NCBI GenBank assembly: GCA_951406725.2
Contig: OX597816.1
Coordinates: 168,082,001-168,146,000, forward strand
Length of the DNA: 64,000 nt
Direction: 5' to 3'
From: Octopus vulgaris
Taxonomy: Eukaryota
Below the pieces are notes generated by a model. It searched no databases and had not been told where the DNA came from. It saw nothing but the letters and a program-made list of their open reading frames with translations. Positions 48,131 to 62,570 of the stretch are shown here, one piece after another. Position 1 is the first letter of the stretch, and every line of letters starts with the position of its first letter. The position numbers were made by a program, and so were the translations under genes.

Positions 48131-48614
48131 TATATATGACATATTTATTAGAAGTGGAACTTTGTGAAATAAGAAAGAAAACAATGATTCAGAATAGCAG
48201 CAACAATTAGGTAAGACTAAACAGCCAAGATTGATATTTCATATATATGAGAACATGAAAGTAGTTATTAAAATGACTATGAATTAGAAACAGTTACGAC
48301 ATGCAAGAACAATTGCAGATTATGACGAGTTTTGTGAAAAACATTACAAAGTATAAAATAAGCACAGGTTTAATATTAGGAAGTTATAGATAAAATGACA
48401 CAACATTAGAACCTATTATATGCAAATTCATATGACACACTCCTGTTTAAAACCAGACGCTAAACATATTATATTGCAATTGAAAGGAAATGCTTCTGAT
48501 TATCATCAAGTCAAGCCAATGTACTACAAATGATTTCTAGATGAATTGATTTTAGTATCAAAACTCATAAACTAATACAATTAACTTAGCAGGTTCTGCG
48601 TTGTTTGTTTTTAT

Positions 48615-48987
48615 ACTCTTTACTCTCTTTTACTCTTTTACTTGTTTCAGTCATTTGACCCCGGGACTTATTCTTTGTAAGCCCAGTACTTATTCTATCG
48701 GTCTCTTTTGCCAAACCGCTAAGAAACGGGGACATAAACACACCAGCATCGGTTGTCAAGCAATGCTAGGGGGACAAACACAAACACACAAACACACACA
48801 CACATATATATATACATATATACGACGGGCTTCTTTCAGTTTCCGTCTACCAAATCCACTCACAAGGCTTTGGTCGGCCCGAGGCTATAGTAGAAGACAC
48901 TTGCCCAAGATGCCACGCAGTGGGACTGAACCCGGAACCATGTGGTTGGTTAGCAAGCTACTTACCACACAGCCACTCCTGCGCCTA
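48615..48987 (-). mobile_element. SINE family A (internal deletion near tail)
   Basis: Reverse complement match to the family. Confidence 0.88.
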
Positions 48988-49801
48988 TAATGTAATACAA
49001 AATGTAATACAAAAATTTAAAATTTGTTGGGAGTATCTTAACAAAGCAAAGACTATATATTATGCATGTTTTTTCTTTTTTATGCAGGGCTGGTACAATC
49101 ATTAAGCAAACCTAGGTAGTCATCTAGGGCACAAAATCCTTGAAGTACATGACTAAATGGATTAGAAATAGTCATTAGACAAGGAACATTGCAATATAAA
49201 TTTTTCATTCCAAATATCTATTTCATTGAATGCATCCACTATTCAATGATCTTTGATAATTCAATAGTGTTTACATTGTCAAACATTGCTATCCATTTTA
49301 AAGTAACAATGTAAGTTCTGGATATAATCCTTAAATTAGTTTAAAAGAGACATACACTGTCAGCAGCCATGCTTGATGTAATACTAGAGGAAAATGCAAG
49401 GGACATAACTATTTTAAGACATCAACAGCTCTTCTAACACAATGGGTTTTGTATTTTTCTTTTGGTTGTTCCCTTGAAGAAGTGTTTTATCAAATAGTAT
49501 ATCCTATACTTGGCAGATAGGTAAAGAATAAAGTTTTGATCATGAATGAATTAGGGGATTACAATTGTGTTGCTTTACATGAAAATGTATAGAAACTATT
49601 CACTTTTATTGCTTGTGAAAGAAACAGGTACTTAAAATAGTGATGACACTGTTGTTTTCCTTTTGATGTTATTATTAAGAAATAGGATTTCTAGGATATT
49701 AATCCACTTCTTTTCAGGATGTTAAATGTAAAACATTTGTTTGGTTTCATTTAGAAGTGCATGGCAAAAAGAGAAAAAGTAATAGGTGGAACAACAAAAA
49801 A

Positions 49802-50224
49802 GGATCTTTTCGGTTTGAACGGCAGTTTTTTCTGGCGGTGTCATATGAAATTGTCATCCATAATTATGACCCTAGTATCGATCTATTGCATTTCAATCTG
49901 TTTTAGGGTTAGGGTTAGGGGTGGGGGTGGGGGGAAGGGTATCTTTTTTTCTTCACAAATGTAAATAAACCCAATCTGTTTCTTAAACGAGGGACATATT
50001 CATATGGCACAGAATGTTTTTTACCTCAATAGACGTCAGTCATTGGTTGAAATTACAGAAATTGAAGAAAAAAAACAACAAATATCTTACAAACTATAGA
50101 ATTTTCTCAATAAAGCCAAGAGAAAAGGATGTTTTATAAACACATTCTACCAGTATACAAAGTTTAAAATTTTTTAGTTACCTAGAAATTATGTTAGAAA
50201 CTGCCGTTCAAACCGAAAAGATCC
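49802..50224. mobile_element. MITE with GG-starting TIRs (Merlin-like) and internal (TTAGGG)3
   Basis: TIR GGATCTTTTCGGTTTGAACGGCAGTTT at both ends. Flanks acaaaaaa/ataagaaa match at 6 of 8 positions. Confidence 0.75.
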
Positions 50225-50405
50225 ATAAGAAATAAAAAGTTAAGATAAAGAAAAAAAGGAAGAAACAGTGTATGAGAATAAAACATAGACTGGGCATTAA
50301 AAAAATAAAAAAACAACCAGCACAGGGCGAAATTTGGAGAATTTTCATCATAAGGAAGATAGTAAAGAAATTTATAAGGCAGTTGCATATCAAGAACTTG
50401 TAACA

Positions 50406-50568
50406 GGTGTAGGAGTGGCTGTGTGGTATGTAGCTTGCTTACCAACCACATGGTTCCGGGTACAGTCCTACTGCATGACACCTTGGGTAAGTGTCTCCTA
50501 CTATAGCCTTGGGCCAACCAAAGCCTTGTGAGTGGATTTGGTAGACGGAAACTGAAAGAAGCTCGTCG

Positions 50569-50613
<45 letters not shown>

Positions 50614-50832
50614 TTGTGTGTCTGTGTTTGTCCTCCCAACATCGCTTGACAACCGATGCTGGTGTGTTTACATCCCCGTAACCTAGCGGTTCGGCAAAAG
50701 AGGCTGATAGAATAAGTACTAGGCTTACAAAGAATAACTTCTGGGGTCGATTTGCTCGACTAAAGGTGGTGCTCCAGCATGGCCGCAGTCAAATGACTGA
50801 CACAAGTAAAAGAGTAAAAAAAAAAAGAGTAA
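50406..50832 (+). mobile_element. SINE family A
   Basis: Full-length match to the family. Confidence 0.88.
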
Positions 50833-51684
50833 ACAGATAACTTTTAATTTGCATTAGATGCTACTAAATTGATGAAATAAATGAAACCAACTTAATGTTT
50901 CAACAAATTGAGAACATTTTGTTTAATGATCAGGCTATGATCATATGAAAGATATATACAGTACTATTTAGTGAAAAATACACTGTTTATAAAATTGATC
51001 CTGCATAACTGGAAAGGTGAGAAATTTAAAATTCTATCTTGAGTGGTTAATAATAGCCTTTATGAATTTCACATACGCTACTGTATATTCTGAATAGAAA
51101 TCTTAAAGTAGATTTCCGATAGAATTATATGTCTTAGTTAAAATAGTTAAAATAGAATGAAAAGTTGTTCCACTCAAGAAAGTTAAGTATAGCCATAGTT
51201 AAATTAGCTCTTTATCTATTTGGATGGAAACTGATTTTATATTTATAAGGAATCTTTCATTCTTCACATTCTAAAGAATGAAAGTTTCTTTATTTCACAT
51301 TTTCACATGAAAATCGTTCATATTTTATAACTAAAAGTTTTCCTATTTTAGTAGGGCAGGGTATGAAATGTTCAATTAAACTATCTAATTTTCTCAGATA
51401 TTGTTGTATACATGTTTGGCAACTTATATGAGCTGTAAAAGATGTATTTTGATATATTCAAACAGGTATTTATTAAACACATATTATTCAATCCTTTATT
51501 TATTTATTTTTTTAATAGTATTACACCTTTGAAAATTATTTGTCAGACTTTAAATGTTCTCAACATTAAAAGAAAAATTTTTTTCAAATAACTTAGTTTC
51601 CATTTGACATGAGATGCCATTCATAGGTTCCTGTTTGACAGCTGAAGTAGTCAATCATGTCAACTATAGACTTAAAGCTAATAG

Positions 51685-52020
51685 AAGATCGTTACCTTGT
51701 CGCCTTACTGGCACTTGTGCTGGTGGCACATGAAACATTCGAGCGAGGACGTCGCCAGTGCCGCTGGACTGGCTCCTGTGCAGGTGGCACGTAAAAAGCA
51801 CCTTTTGGACGTGGCTGTTGCCAGTACCACCAAACTGGCCCTCGTGGCGGTGGTACGTAAAAGCACCCACTACACTCTCGGAGTGGTTGGCATTAGGAAG
51901 GGCATCCAGCTGTAGAAACTCTGCCAGATCAGATTGGAGTCTGGTTCGCCAGACCTCAGTCAAATCGTCCAACCTATGCTAGCATGGAAAGTGGACGTTA
52001 ACTGATGATGATGATGATGA
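51685..52020 (+). mobile_element. RTE 3'UTR-derived repeat (family D) with (GAT)n tail
   Basis: Hairpin modules and family D terminus. Confidence 0.85.
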
Positions 52021-52657
52021 AGTGAGCTTGTGTTATGAAGAATAACATTGGGGGTGGAGTGGGGGAGCAAGTGGAGGTCCTATGCTTGATTGAACAAAGG
52101 ATGGAGAAGCAGCTGACTAAGAAGTTACTTAGATTTTTGTCTGTTTGAAGTTTGAAGGGGAAGATTGAAAGAGTGGTTACGGTGTTTGTTTGTAGAAAGT
52201 GTTAGCTACAGAAATCTCGCAAATTTTTCTGTGAGATAACATCACACTTGAAACATATCGAAAATGCAAATAAAATTATGCCAGATACAAATTGTTTGCA
52301 TATGGTACAAGACTAACACTAATTACAACACGAAGAAGAAGAAAACAGAAAACTTATAACACAGAGAACATATGACTGTTCCTAAGTGTCAAGAAATTGA
52401 AAGTTCAGCCAAAGGAATACGTCCCTAGCAAGTTGATAGATGACAACAGTTGCAGAACATTTCAGTGGTTAGCAAAAAATGGAAGGAAAAGTTAGCAAGG
52501 AGCAGTATTAATAAGATGGATATGAGGCAAAGCATCAGGGGTGTCAAAGTAGGAGATAAGCACAGTAGTGTTCTGCTCATAAACATAAGACACATGAAAT
52601 GTTCTGAATTGTAAAGCAGTATATTGGTATGAATCAGAATGTCCTTGTGGGGAAATA

Positions 52658-52860
52658 CAGGGGCCGGACAACATAATGGAAACACCTTAAAATTTCAAAC
52701 AAATTTTTTTTATATGGGGTAGGACTACCTTTGGCAGTAATTACAGCTTGAATTCTATGAGGTATGGATTCGTACAAACTTTAAATTGTTTCCAAAGTAA
52801 TTTTTGTCCATTCTTTAGCTAAAACAGTCTCTAGTTGTTGTGATGATGGTAGAGGATATC
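52658..52860 (-). mobile_element. Terminal fragment of the Tc1 family at 62571
   Basis: TA CAGGGGCCGGACAACATAATGGAAACA and the following sequence match 62571-62780. Confidence 0.8.
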
Positions 52861-53010
52861 CTAAAACTTAAGATATGATAAAATGAATAATGGGTAAATA
52901 TATATATACTACATTCAGTATATCCGATCCATGCTAGCATGAAAAGTGGATGTAAAAGAACAATGATGAGGATGAGGATGATATAAAGGAATAATATAAT
53001 AGAAAAATTA

Positions 53011-53176
53011 TGGAGTAGGAGTGGCTGTGTGGTAAGTAACTTGCTAACCAACTACATGGTTCCAGGTTCAGTCCCACTGTGTGGCACCTTGGGCAAGTGT
53101 CTTCTACTATAGCCTCGGGCCGACCAATGCCTTGTGAGTGGATATGGTAGACGGAAACTGAAAGAAGCCCGTCGTA

Positions 53177-53248
<72 letters not shown>

Positions 53249-53464
53249 TGTGTCTGTATTTGTCCCCCTAGCATTGCCTGACAACCGATGCTGGTGTGTT
53301 TACGTCCCCGTCACTTAGCGGTTCGGCAAAAGAGACTGATAGAATAAGTACTGGGCTTAAAAAGAATAAGTCCCAGGGTCGATTTGCTCGACTAAAGGCG
53401 GTGCTCCAGCATGGCTGCAGTCAAATGACTGAAACAAGTAAAAGAGTAAAAGAGTAAAAGAGTA
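53011..53464 (+). mobile_element. SINE family A
   Basis: Full-length match to the family. Confidence 0.9.
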
Positions 53465-54177
53465 TGCCATAGAATGAAATAGCATCTAAAAAGGATTTCA
53501 GTTTATGGTTGAAGCTATTTCATCCTACTTGAACTGTGAACAAGCTTTGGTTTCAGTCAAAAGAATCAATGTATTAGCGAAAGTAAAAATGAAGTCACCA
53601 AAGTGTTACATAAAAGGAATTCATACAAAAGTGATTTTCAATTAAATTCCAAAGATGCGAATGGGAACAATTTGATTAAATGGATACTAATTCTAATGGG
53701 AATAAGGTTTTAGACATAGATACATTACAACTTTATGGTTCACTGAATAATTCTATTTTGTGAAATCTTGAAATATTATATGTTAGTGTTGCATTACTTA
53801 TTTTGCCAACTATTTCAGTCAAATCATGCCATTGATATTATATTCCAGGTCATTCTTTTTAGTGACATTTGACCCATAGCTTCCTGAACTCATCATCGAA
53901 TGTTTGGTATCTCATGTGTATTAGCGTATCTTATCTGATGTACTCTCATGTATTTAATTGAATATATTGAATAGATTACAAACCACAAAAATAGTACATT
54001 CTTTGTTTGGCATACTTAGTAACAGTTACACATTTAATACCTTTCACACCCATTTTATTCAGAATAAATCTTGTAAAAAAAATGAAGTATAAAAAGTATA
54101 TTTTAGTAGTATACATGCTCCACAGCTGTGCTGAATCATTTGACAATTTAATGTCTAAGTATTATATCAGTCTTTAA

Positions 54178-54396
54178 CCCTTTAGTATTTAAACCGGCCA
54201 GATCTGGCCAAAATAGTTAATCTGTTTTATGTTCAAACTGACCAGATCCAAGCTCTCACACCTACCCTACAATGTTATTCTACATTAAGTAATTACACCA
54301 TCAAGATCTTGAAGATATGAGATAATGCATGATTAATTCAAATTAATGGGAATCAATAGGCATTATGTTTGATTGAATAATCTGAACACTAAAGGG
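54178..54396. mobile_element. Second piggyBac-type MITE family
   Basis: TTAA TSDs, TIR CCCTTTAGT.TT.A. Confidence 0.8.
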
Positions 54397-54944
54397 TTAA
54401 ATATAAAGTCAGTCTATAATTTTTCACTAAATATTTTTCCATTAAGAAGAAGACAAATAAGTACAAAACAATGAACTAGAAATTGTGTGCCATTACTTCA
54501 TAACCATTTGCTAAATATTTTTGGAGATAATTCAAATTCTTATGTGATATACTCTGAACTTAGCAAGGCTATCAATAAGGTAAGACAAAATGTTTTGCTG
54601 AAAAAATCTTGATAACAGATGAGTGACTTTGTTGATACAGCCACTCACTTATATGAACATAATGGATAACACCATGATGGCTATTCCAGTGTGCATAAAG
54701 GCACCAGCTGTGGTGTGCAATATGGAGAGGAATAAAAGCTTCTGGAGTTCTGCAATGCAAATAACCAAACCATTTACAAAACTAACTTCAGGATACCAAC
54801 CAGTCAGCCAACTATACAGCCACCTACCATTCAGGTGAACAGGTAAATAAGTTAGATTTCCTACTCGGAAACAGAGTAGAAATGCAGTTGTCAACAGTAA
54901 GTTTTTTTCTCACTGAAGAATGTATTATTCAGTACATATCAAAA

Positions 54945-55373
54945 GCAAAATCAAAATCGATGACTGGCGTCCATGCTAGCAAGGTGCAAAGAGCACCATA
55001 CGAGCGTGATCGTTGCCAGAGCAGCCAACTGGCTTCTGTGCCAGTGGCACATAAAAGAGCACCATTCGAGCATGATCATTACCAAAGTCGCCTTACTGGC
55101 ACCTGTGCTGGTGGCATGTGTAAAAGGATTCGAGTGAGGTCATTGCCAGTACCGCCTGACTGGCCCTCGTGCCGGTGGCACGTAAAAAGCACCCACTACA
55201 CTCTCAAAGTGGTTGGCATTAGGAAGGGCATCCAGCTGTAGAAACTCTGCCAAATCAAGATTGGAGCCTGGTGCAGCCATCTGGTTCACCAGCCCTCAGT
55301 CAAAATCATCCAACCCATGCTAGCATGGAAAGTGGACGTTAAACGATGATGATGATGATGATGATGATGATGA
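54945..55373 (+). mobile_element. RTE 3'UTR-derived repeat (family D) with (GAT)n tail
   Basis: Hairpin modules and family D terminus. Confidence 0.85.
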
Positions 55374-55693
55374 TATATCAGCATGAGTTAGACATAGAGA
55401 CAAAGGTAATGTGGAGAAGAAGGGTATGGAAACTGAAAGACCCCTCAATTAGACACAGATTCAAAGAAGTACACGGTAACATATATGTTAAGACAGATGA
55501 GAAGACAGATACCTATATATAGAAGACAACTGGACATTTCAAGAGAATCTGCTGTTAATAACAAATAAGATCTTTGCATGGAGCAAGGTTCTAACTTGGA
55601 CAACATCGTTCCTCAGATCACACATTGCAAACAAATCCACAGGCCTACACAGCTATCATCACAACAACCAATTTGTAAGGTCAAACTCTACCC

Positions 55694-55911
55694 CAGTGGT
55701 TTTCAACCAGGGTTCCACGGAACCTTAGGGTTCCACCACTACAGTCCAGGGGTTCCGCAAGAAGTTACAAAACTGCTAAAATCAGCAGTAATTTTTAATT
55801 CTCCTGTGCAGATATGAGTGCATAAAACTATTAAATTATTGCACAGGGGTTCCTCGAGCCAGTGGAATGTTTCCTTGGGGTTTTGCTCCAGCAAAAATTT
55901 GAAAAGCACTG
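55694..55911. mobile_element. hAT MITE
   Basis: Perfect 8-bp TSD CTCTACCC; TIRs CAGTGGTTTTCAA / TTGAAAAGCACTG. Confidence 0.9.
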
Positions 55912-56399
55912 CTCTACCCACATACTTATACAAGACATCCATCTTACCAAAGTTGTCTTTTCAAGTATCTATGGACAGCTGCGAGTCACATGGGACTCAC
56001 TGCAAACACTTTCATAAGCTGTCACCATAAGCTTTTGCATTTGTTTAGATCAACGAACAAAAAATTTGAATGCTCTCCATTGACATGGACTGTTGTTAAT
56101 AAATGAGCTCTATTTTTCAAGGAATTGTGAGATTTTGTTTAATTTGAAAGTTTCGCATTTTAAGGGAGCCAAGTTACTAGACTACGACTATGCTGGGGCA
56201 CCAGCCTGAAGGGTTTAGTCAAACACATCAACCCCAGTATTACTTTTTTAAGTCTGATATTCATTCTATTCATTTCTTCTGGTAAACTGCCAAGTTACAG
56301 AGACGTAAACAAACCAACACTTGTTATCGAGAGGACAGGGTTGTTATCGAGAGGACAGACTTGTTATCGAGAGGACACAAAGCACAAAGACAGGCAGAC

Positions 56400-57480
56400 A
56401 CACACACATATACACACATGCATTCATGCATACATACATACATACATGCATGCATGCATGCATGCATGCATGCATACATACATACATACATACATACATA
56501 CATGCATACATACATACATACATAAATACATACATACATACATACATGCATGCATGCATACATACATGCATACATACATGCATACATACATACATACATA
56601 ACATGCATACATACATACATACATACATACGTACATGCATACATGCATACATACATACATACATACATACATACATACATACATACATACATACATACAT
56701 ACATACATACATACATACATGCATGCATGCATACATACATACATCCATAAATACATGCATATATACATACATGCACACATACATACATACATACATACAT
56801 ACATACATACATACATGCACATATACATACATACATCCATACATACATGCATATATACATACATAATACATACATGCATACATACATAATACATACATAC
56901 ATAATACATACATGCATACATACATGCATGCATACATGCATGCATACATACATACATACATGCATACATACATACATACATACACACATACATACATACA
57001 TACATATATACATACATACATGCATACATGCATACATGCATACATACATACATACATGCACACATACATACATATATACATACATGCATACATACATGCA
57101 TGCATGCATGCATACATACATACATACACATACATACATACATACATACATACATACATACATACATACATACATACATACATACATACATACATACATA
57201 CATACATACATACATACATACATACATACACACATACATACATACATACATACGTACATACATACATACATACACACATACATACATACATACATACATA
57301 CATACATACATACATACATACATACATACACACATACATACATACGTACATACATACATACGTACATACACACATACATACATACATACATACATACGTA
57401 CATACATACATACACACATACATACATACATACATACATACATACATACATACATACATACATACATGCATACATATGCA
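56400..57480. repeat. (TACA)n/(TGCA)n microsatellite array, about 1.1 kb
   Basis: Direct reading of the sequence. Confidence 0.95.
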
Positions 57481-59520
57481 TATCAGCTCTCAGTCCCTCT
57501 TGTCCATCATAGTCCAGCAGGCCATAACAGAGGAATTTAAAACTGGCTGCCTTTGAGAGTTCCTCTACAATGATGACTTTGTTTTTATAGCTGAATCACT
57601 ATGAAAACGAGAGAAGAAATTTCAGGAGTGGAAGCAAGGTCTGGAATCAAAGTGACTAAGAGTTAATTTAGCAAAGACCAAAGTCCTAGTAAGTAGGAAA
57701 ACAAACAAATCACAAATCCTTTCAGGGAGATGGCCCTATTCAATATGTAGAAAAGGTGTAGATAGAAACTCCATGAAGTGTACCAAGTGCAAGCTATGGA
57801 CACATAACAAAGTGCAGCGGTATCAGAAGGTTAACAAAGAAAGTAATCTTTGTGACAGAACCACAGGTACAACAAACACTAGCAATGTACAGAAAATAGA
57901 CTTTCTCAAGTGCCCAGGGGTATACTTAGAAGTAGTAGATAGCTTCCAATACCAAGGTAACTAAGTCAGCAGTTGAAGAGGATGATCTGAAAATGTAGCC
58001 TGCTATGTGTCCCTTTTTCAAGGTGGTGCCCCAGCAGTCTAATGACTGAAACAGAAAACAAATAAAATATTTTCTCTTTTCAATTTTTAATGTTTGGTCT
58101 CACAGCTAAAACGGAAATGACAAATTTTTAAGTTTTTATAAGTGTAAAAGGGATTAAAATTTCAACACTTCATATCAAATGTTCCAACAAGAATAGGCAG
58201 AAAATCAGAGCTTGGATCAAGAAGACACTTTCAACCAATCACAATTCTGTTTACATAATCAGTTTGATCAATCACCTTTCTCTGTCAGTTTAGTAAAGTG
58301 TCATCCAAGCTGATGTTTATTGGTAATTAAACTTAATTTGCAACACCTGTGCATATTTATCAGCTTTGTTTTTGTTAGTAATTCTTAACAACTTTTCCTG
58401 TGATTTGATTTGAGAAGACATACAGCAGTATGCTAAAGATCGGACATAATCTCTTGTGGGCAAGAAATGTAAAATAAAGTTTATTATAAGCAACACAAAC
58501 AATTCATGATTTGATAGCTTTCAATGTGATACCTGTTAAACAGATATTATTTTTATTGCATGAAAATTTAATAAAATCTAATCATAAGTGAAGTTATACT
58601 AAATAAAACTAAATTGAAAACCTTTTCCTCTGGCCATATCAGCAATTCTGAAAACTTTTGGGTGCGAAAATTATCCTGAAAATCACCTGCGTAAATTACA
58701 CAGGTGTGCAAATTACATTGGTTTTTATTGTAATTAAAAAAAAGATTATAGAATAAGTTTAAGATTCGGGTGACACAAGTATACATACTTTACAATCATT
58801 ACATACATATATACTCACACACATGTACATATATTCTATTAGAAGGATGATATATAAAAGTATATATAAATAAAAACAAGCAAAGAGAAGTTATTCAGAG
58901 TGACTAGTGACATGTATTTGAATAACTAATATATTAACGGTCTATTAAATAACATATATGATAAATTCCAGAGAGGATAAACCAATTGGTTCATGGCAAT
59001 TAATACCAACTCTAAGTGAGAAGGGGATAAAATATCAAGAATCAAAACTTTTCCAAAACTGATATGCCATTGAAGGAAAGATAGTTTGATTGTCTGGAGA
59101 CAAGAGAACAGCTGGAAACACATATTTCTGCCTCAGTAAGTATCATCAGCACATCATATGTGCTATCTTTGCATCTAGAACTGGTGCGAAGTGATAGGGT
59201 TACTCCCTCTGGGTGTGGAAATAATTTCAATAAATCAAAATTTTATCTATGTTTCTTAATATACCCCTATTCAAGGGCAACAAGCTGGCAGGATTGTTAG
59301 CACACCGGATAAAATGCTTAGTGGCATTTCAGCCACTTTTATGTTCTGAGTTGAAATGCCACCAGAGTAAATTTTGCCTTTCGTCCTTCCAGGGTTGATA
59401 AAATAAGTACCAGCTGAGCACTGGGGTCAATGTAATCAACATAGCTCCAGCCATGAACCTGCTGGCCTTGTGCGAAAATTTGAAACCAATATACTCTTAT
59501 TCATCTTTGTTTCATATGTG

Positions 59521-59555
<35 letters not shown>

Positions 59556-59564
59556 GTATGTGTT

Positions 59565-59595
<31 letters not shown>

Positions 59596-59862
59596 TTGTG
59601 TGTGTGTGTATGTATTCTTTTACTCTTTTACTTATTTCAGTCATTACACTGCAGCCATGCTGGAGCACCGTCTTAAAGGGTTTTGTAGTCAATGAAATCA
59701 ACACCCGGACTTATTCTTTGTAAGCTTAGTATTTATTCTATTGATCACTTTTACCGAACCGCTAAGTTATGGGGACATAAACACACCAACATCGGTTGTC
59801 AAGTGATGGTGGTGGGGACAAACATAGACAAAAAGACACACACACATAAATATATACATATA

Positions 59863-60925
59863 CAGTATCACACAGAAGTATGTACACCCCTAAAAAATTT
59901 CAGTAAAATTGCCATTACTCTGATAATATCAAAGAAAATCAAATGAAATTTATACTGAATAAAATATATTATACATGCAAACATTATGCAAGTTTGGAAT
60001 ACAAAACAATAAACATTTTCAAAGATATGAACGAAATATTAAAATTCAAACGTTGCAAAAATATATACACTCTAAACGAAATTTGCTATATTCAATATTT
60101 TATCCACTTTTTTTTATTAAATTCAGGTATTGCTGATAATTTCAATTCTAATAAATTATTTCTCCTAGCATTTTTGCACCAGTCATTGTTATTGCATCTG
60201 CAAGAATTCTGATTTGTGTACAGTGGTGAAAATCTTCCTTGTGATTAAAATGACACCAAGAGGAAAAGAATTGTCTGAAGATTTGAAGAAAATTATTTTC
60301 AATTTGCACAAGAATGGTTTAGCAAACGAATACATATTTGCATAAACACAGTTGGCAAAGTACAAAGCTACTGGATGGCCAAGCAATAAACATCATCCAG
60401 GTCATCCTTCTATTTTAACTGTGTGTGATATTCACCACCTCCAACGTTGCATGATGGATGGCAAATATTGTACCACTTCATCTTTGACCCAAAAAGTGTC
60501 TTCTGTTAGTGGAAAAAGTGTATCTGCCCAAACAATAGACTGAATTTGAACCCGTGTGATCTTCATGGACACATTCCTTGAAGGAAGCCTTTCTTCACTA
60601 TCAGGCATAAATCAAGTCATCTTTCTTTTGCTGAAACCTATGTTGAGTAAGGGGAAGAAGTTTTGGAATAAAATTCTTTATTATGACAAGACTAAAATCA
60701 ACTTGTTTGGGTCAGATGGTATAAGACGAGTATGGTGATGACCAGGTGAAGATAATAGCAACAAATGCACCGTCCCTACTGTGAAACACGGCGGCAAAGT
60801 GTTATGCTTTGGGGGTGCATGAGTGTGGCTGGTGTGGGAGGGCTCACATTTATTAAGAGAACAATGGATTCAAGGCTTTATTTTGACGTATTGCAGAAAA
60901 CAATGTTGAAAAGCATCAAGGAGAC
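59863..60925 (+). mobile_element. Decayed, 3'-truncated Tc1 transposon
   Basis: TA|CAGTATCACACAGAAGT start. Motifs MTPRGKELSEDLKKII, FWNKIL..DKTKINLFGSDG..RVW, PTVKHGG and VMLWGCMS. Confidence 0.88.
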
Positions 60926-61129
60926 CCACAGAAGCATAATTGTTGAAGATACTCTGTAGTTTTGTTTGTTGAGTGTGAGGGTGCAACATCTTGTATGAAT
61001 ATTATGGTTGCTTTGAAGGTGATCCTTTGCTTATTTAACCAAGGTTCAAAGTGCTCTCTCAGAAAGGCTATGTAAGCACCTGTGGTATTTTAACACCAGG
61101 CATTTTCCAACAACCCACAAAAATACCTC

Positions 61130-61300
61130 CAATAATACCTGCCCAAAATCATGATGCCTCTGCTCCTTGTTGGCACCTCAAGCATTGATAACGATCTTGT
61201 CCATTTGCAACCCATCTCTTGCCCTAACCATAAGGTTCATCAAGGATAACACGAGTTACATCCATAAACAAAACTTTTGAAATGGGCAGATGAGAAACAT
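61130..61300 (-). mobile_element. Fragment of another Tc1/Tc3-like transposase
   Basis: Minus strand SKVLFMD...LDEPYG...W...RCQQGAEA resembles KVLFTDE..LDGPDG...RQQGGG. Confidence 0.55.
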
Positions 61301-61454
61301 GAAGGTTGACTTTCCAAAAGTTTTCTTTATGGACAAAACTCTTGCAGTAAAATGCTGAGAGACTGAGACAAGAGATTAGGCTGTGCAGCAGATGCATTCA
61401 ATCCGTGCTCCTACAGTAAATTAAAGATTAAAACCCAGATGCTGATAATTATAT

Positions 61455-61490
<36 letters not shown>

Positions 61491-61496
<6 letters not shown>

Positions 61497-61895
61497 ACTT
61501 GTTTCAGTCATTTGACTGCGGCCATGTTGGAGCACCGCCTTTAATCGAGCAACTCGACCCCGGAACTTATTCTTTTTGTAAGCCCAGTACTTATTCTATC
61601 AGTCTCTTTTGCTGAACCGCTGAGTAACGGGGACATAAACACACCAGCATCGGTTGTCAAGCAATGCTAGGGGGACAAACACAGACACACAAACAAACAC
61701 ACCCACATACACATATATATATATATACATATATACGACAGGCTTCTTTCAGTTTCCGTCTACCAAATCCACTCACAAGGCATTGGTCAGCCCGGGGCTA
61801 TAGCAGAAGACACTTGCCCAAGATGCCACGCAGTGGGACTGAACCCGGAACCATGCGGTTGGTTAGCAAGCTACTTACCACACAGCCACTCCTGC
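61491..61895 (-). mobile_element. SINE family A
   Basis: Reverse complement full-length match to the family. Confidence 0.9.
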
Positions 61896-62570
61896 ACAAA
61901 CATACACATACAAAGATGCGTATCATTATTTTATTAATCTAATTTAAATAATACATTAAGTACACAAAAAATGGGACAATTTCTATTGATTAAAATTTTT
62001 TCTGTACATTATTCTGAGCTCTGTGAATACATGCATCAGCCACTTGAATTATTTCCCTTAGCTCACATTTTACATCAATGTACAAATTGCAAGTTGATAA
62101 AATATCAAGTCTTACAGTCTTAAAGCATACATCACCAAAAAACAATTCTTATGGGTTAGTAGGTTATGAGATTTCCATTCATTTGCCCCAATCTTTTATT
62201 GCACAACAGTGTATCCCTTTCAGTGATATATCATCTTGAAACAAAATATAGCAATTAATTTATCTTTTCTATCTAAAGACACACTAACATAAGGTTAATG
62301 TGAATACCTTCTACGTTATGTGTCATCACCCTCCGTATAATTGGATACTGTAATTTTGGTTATTGATACTTAACAGGAAAAAATTTATACACACAGACAC
62401 TTAAAATATTTACTTGACACGGTGTGCTTAGATTAAATTTCTAAATAGAGCTACATCATGTGCTTAATATAGAATTTTTAACCTCTGTGTGAAAAATATA
62501 CCACAAGACTTTCAACAGTTATGGATAAAGAATGATTTGGTTAATATGCAAGAGAAATGTTATATATATA

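Larger units (their letters stand above)
54610..57995 (+). mobile_element. Old fragmented RTE LINE (endonuclease remnants about 54610-55520, RT remnant 57482-57995) with younger insertions
   Basis: KLLEFCNAN, RRRVWKLKDP, IIVQQAITEEFKTGC and CTKCKLWTH, with many stops. Confidence 0.7.

Noticed and set aside
56321-57556. Long HTYI/MYVC ORFs (also 21116-21636 and 37025-38213)
   Set aside because: These are translations of (TACA)n microsatellites that lack stop codons.
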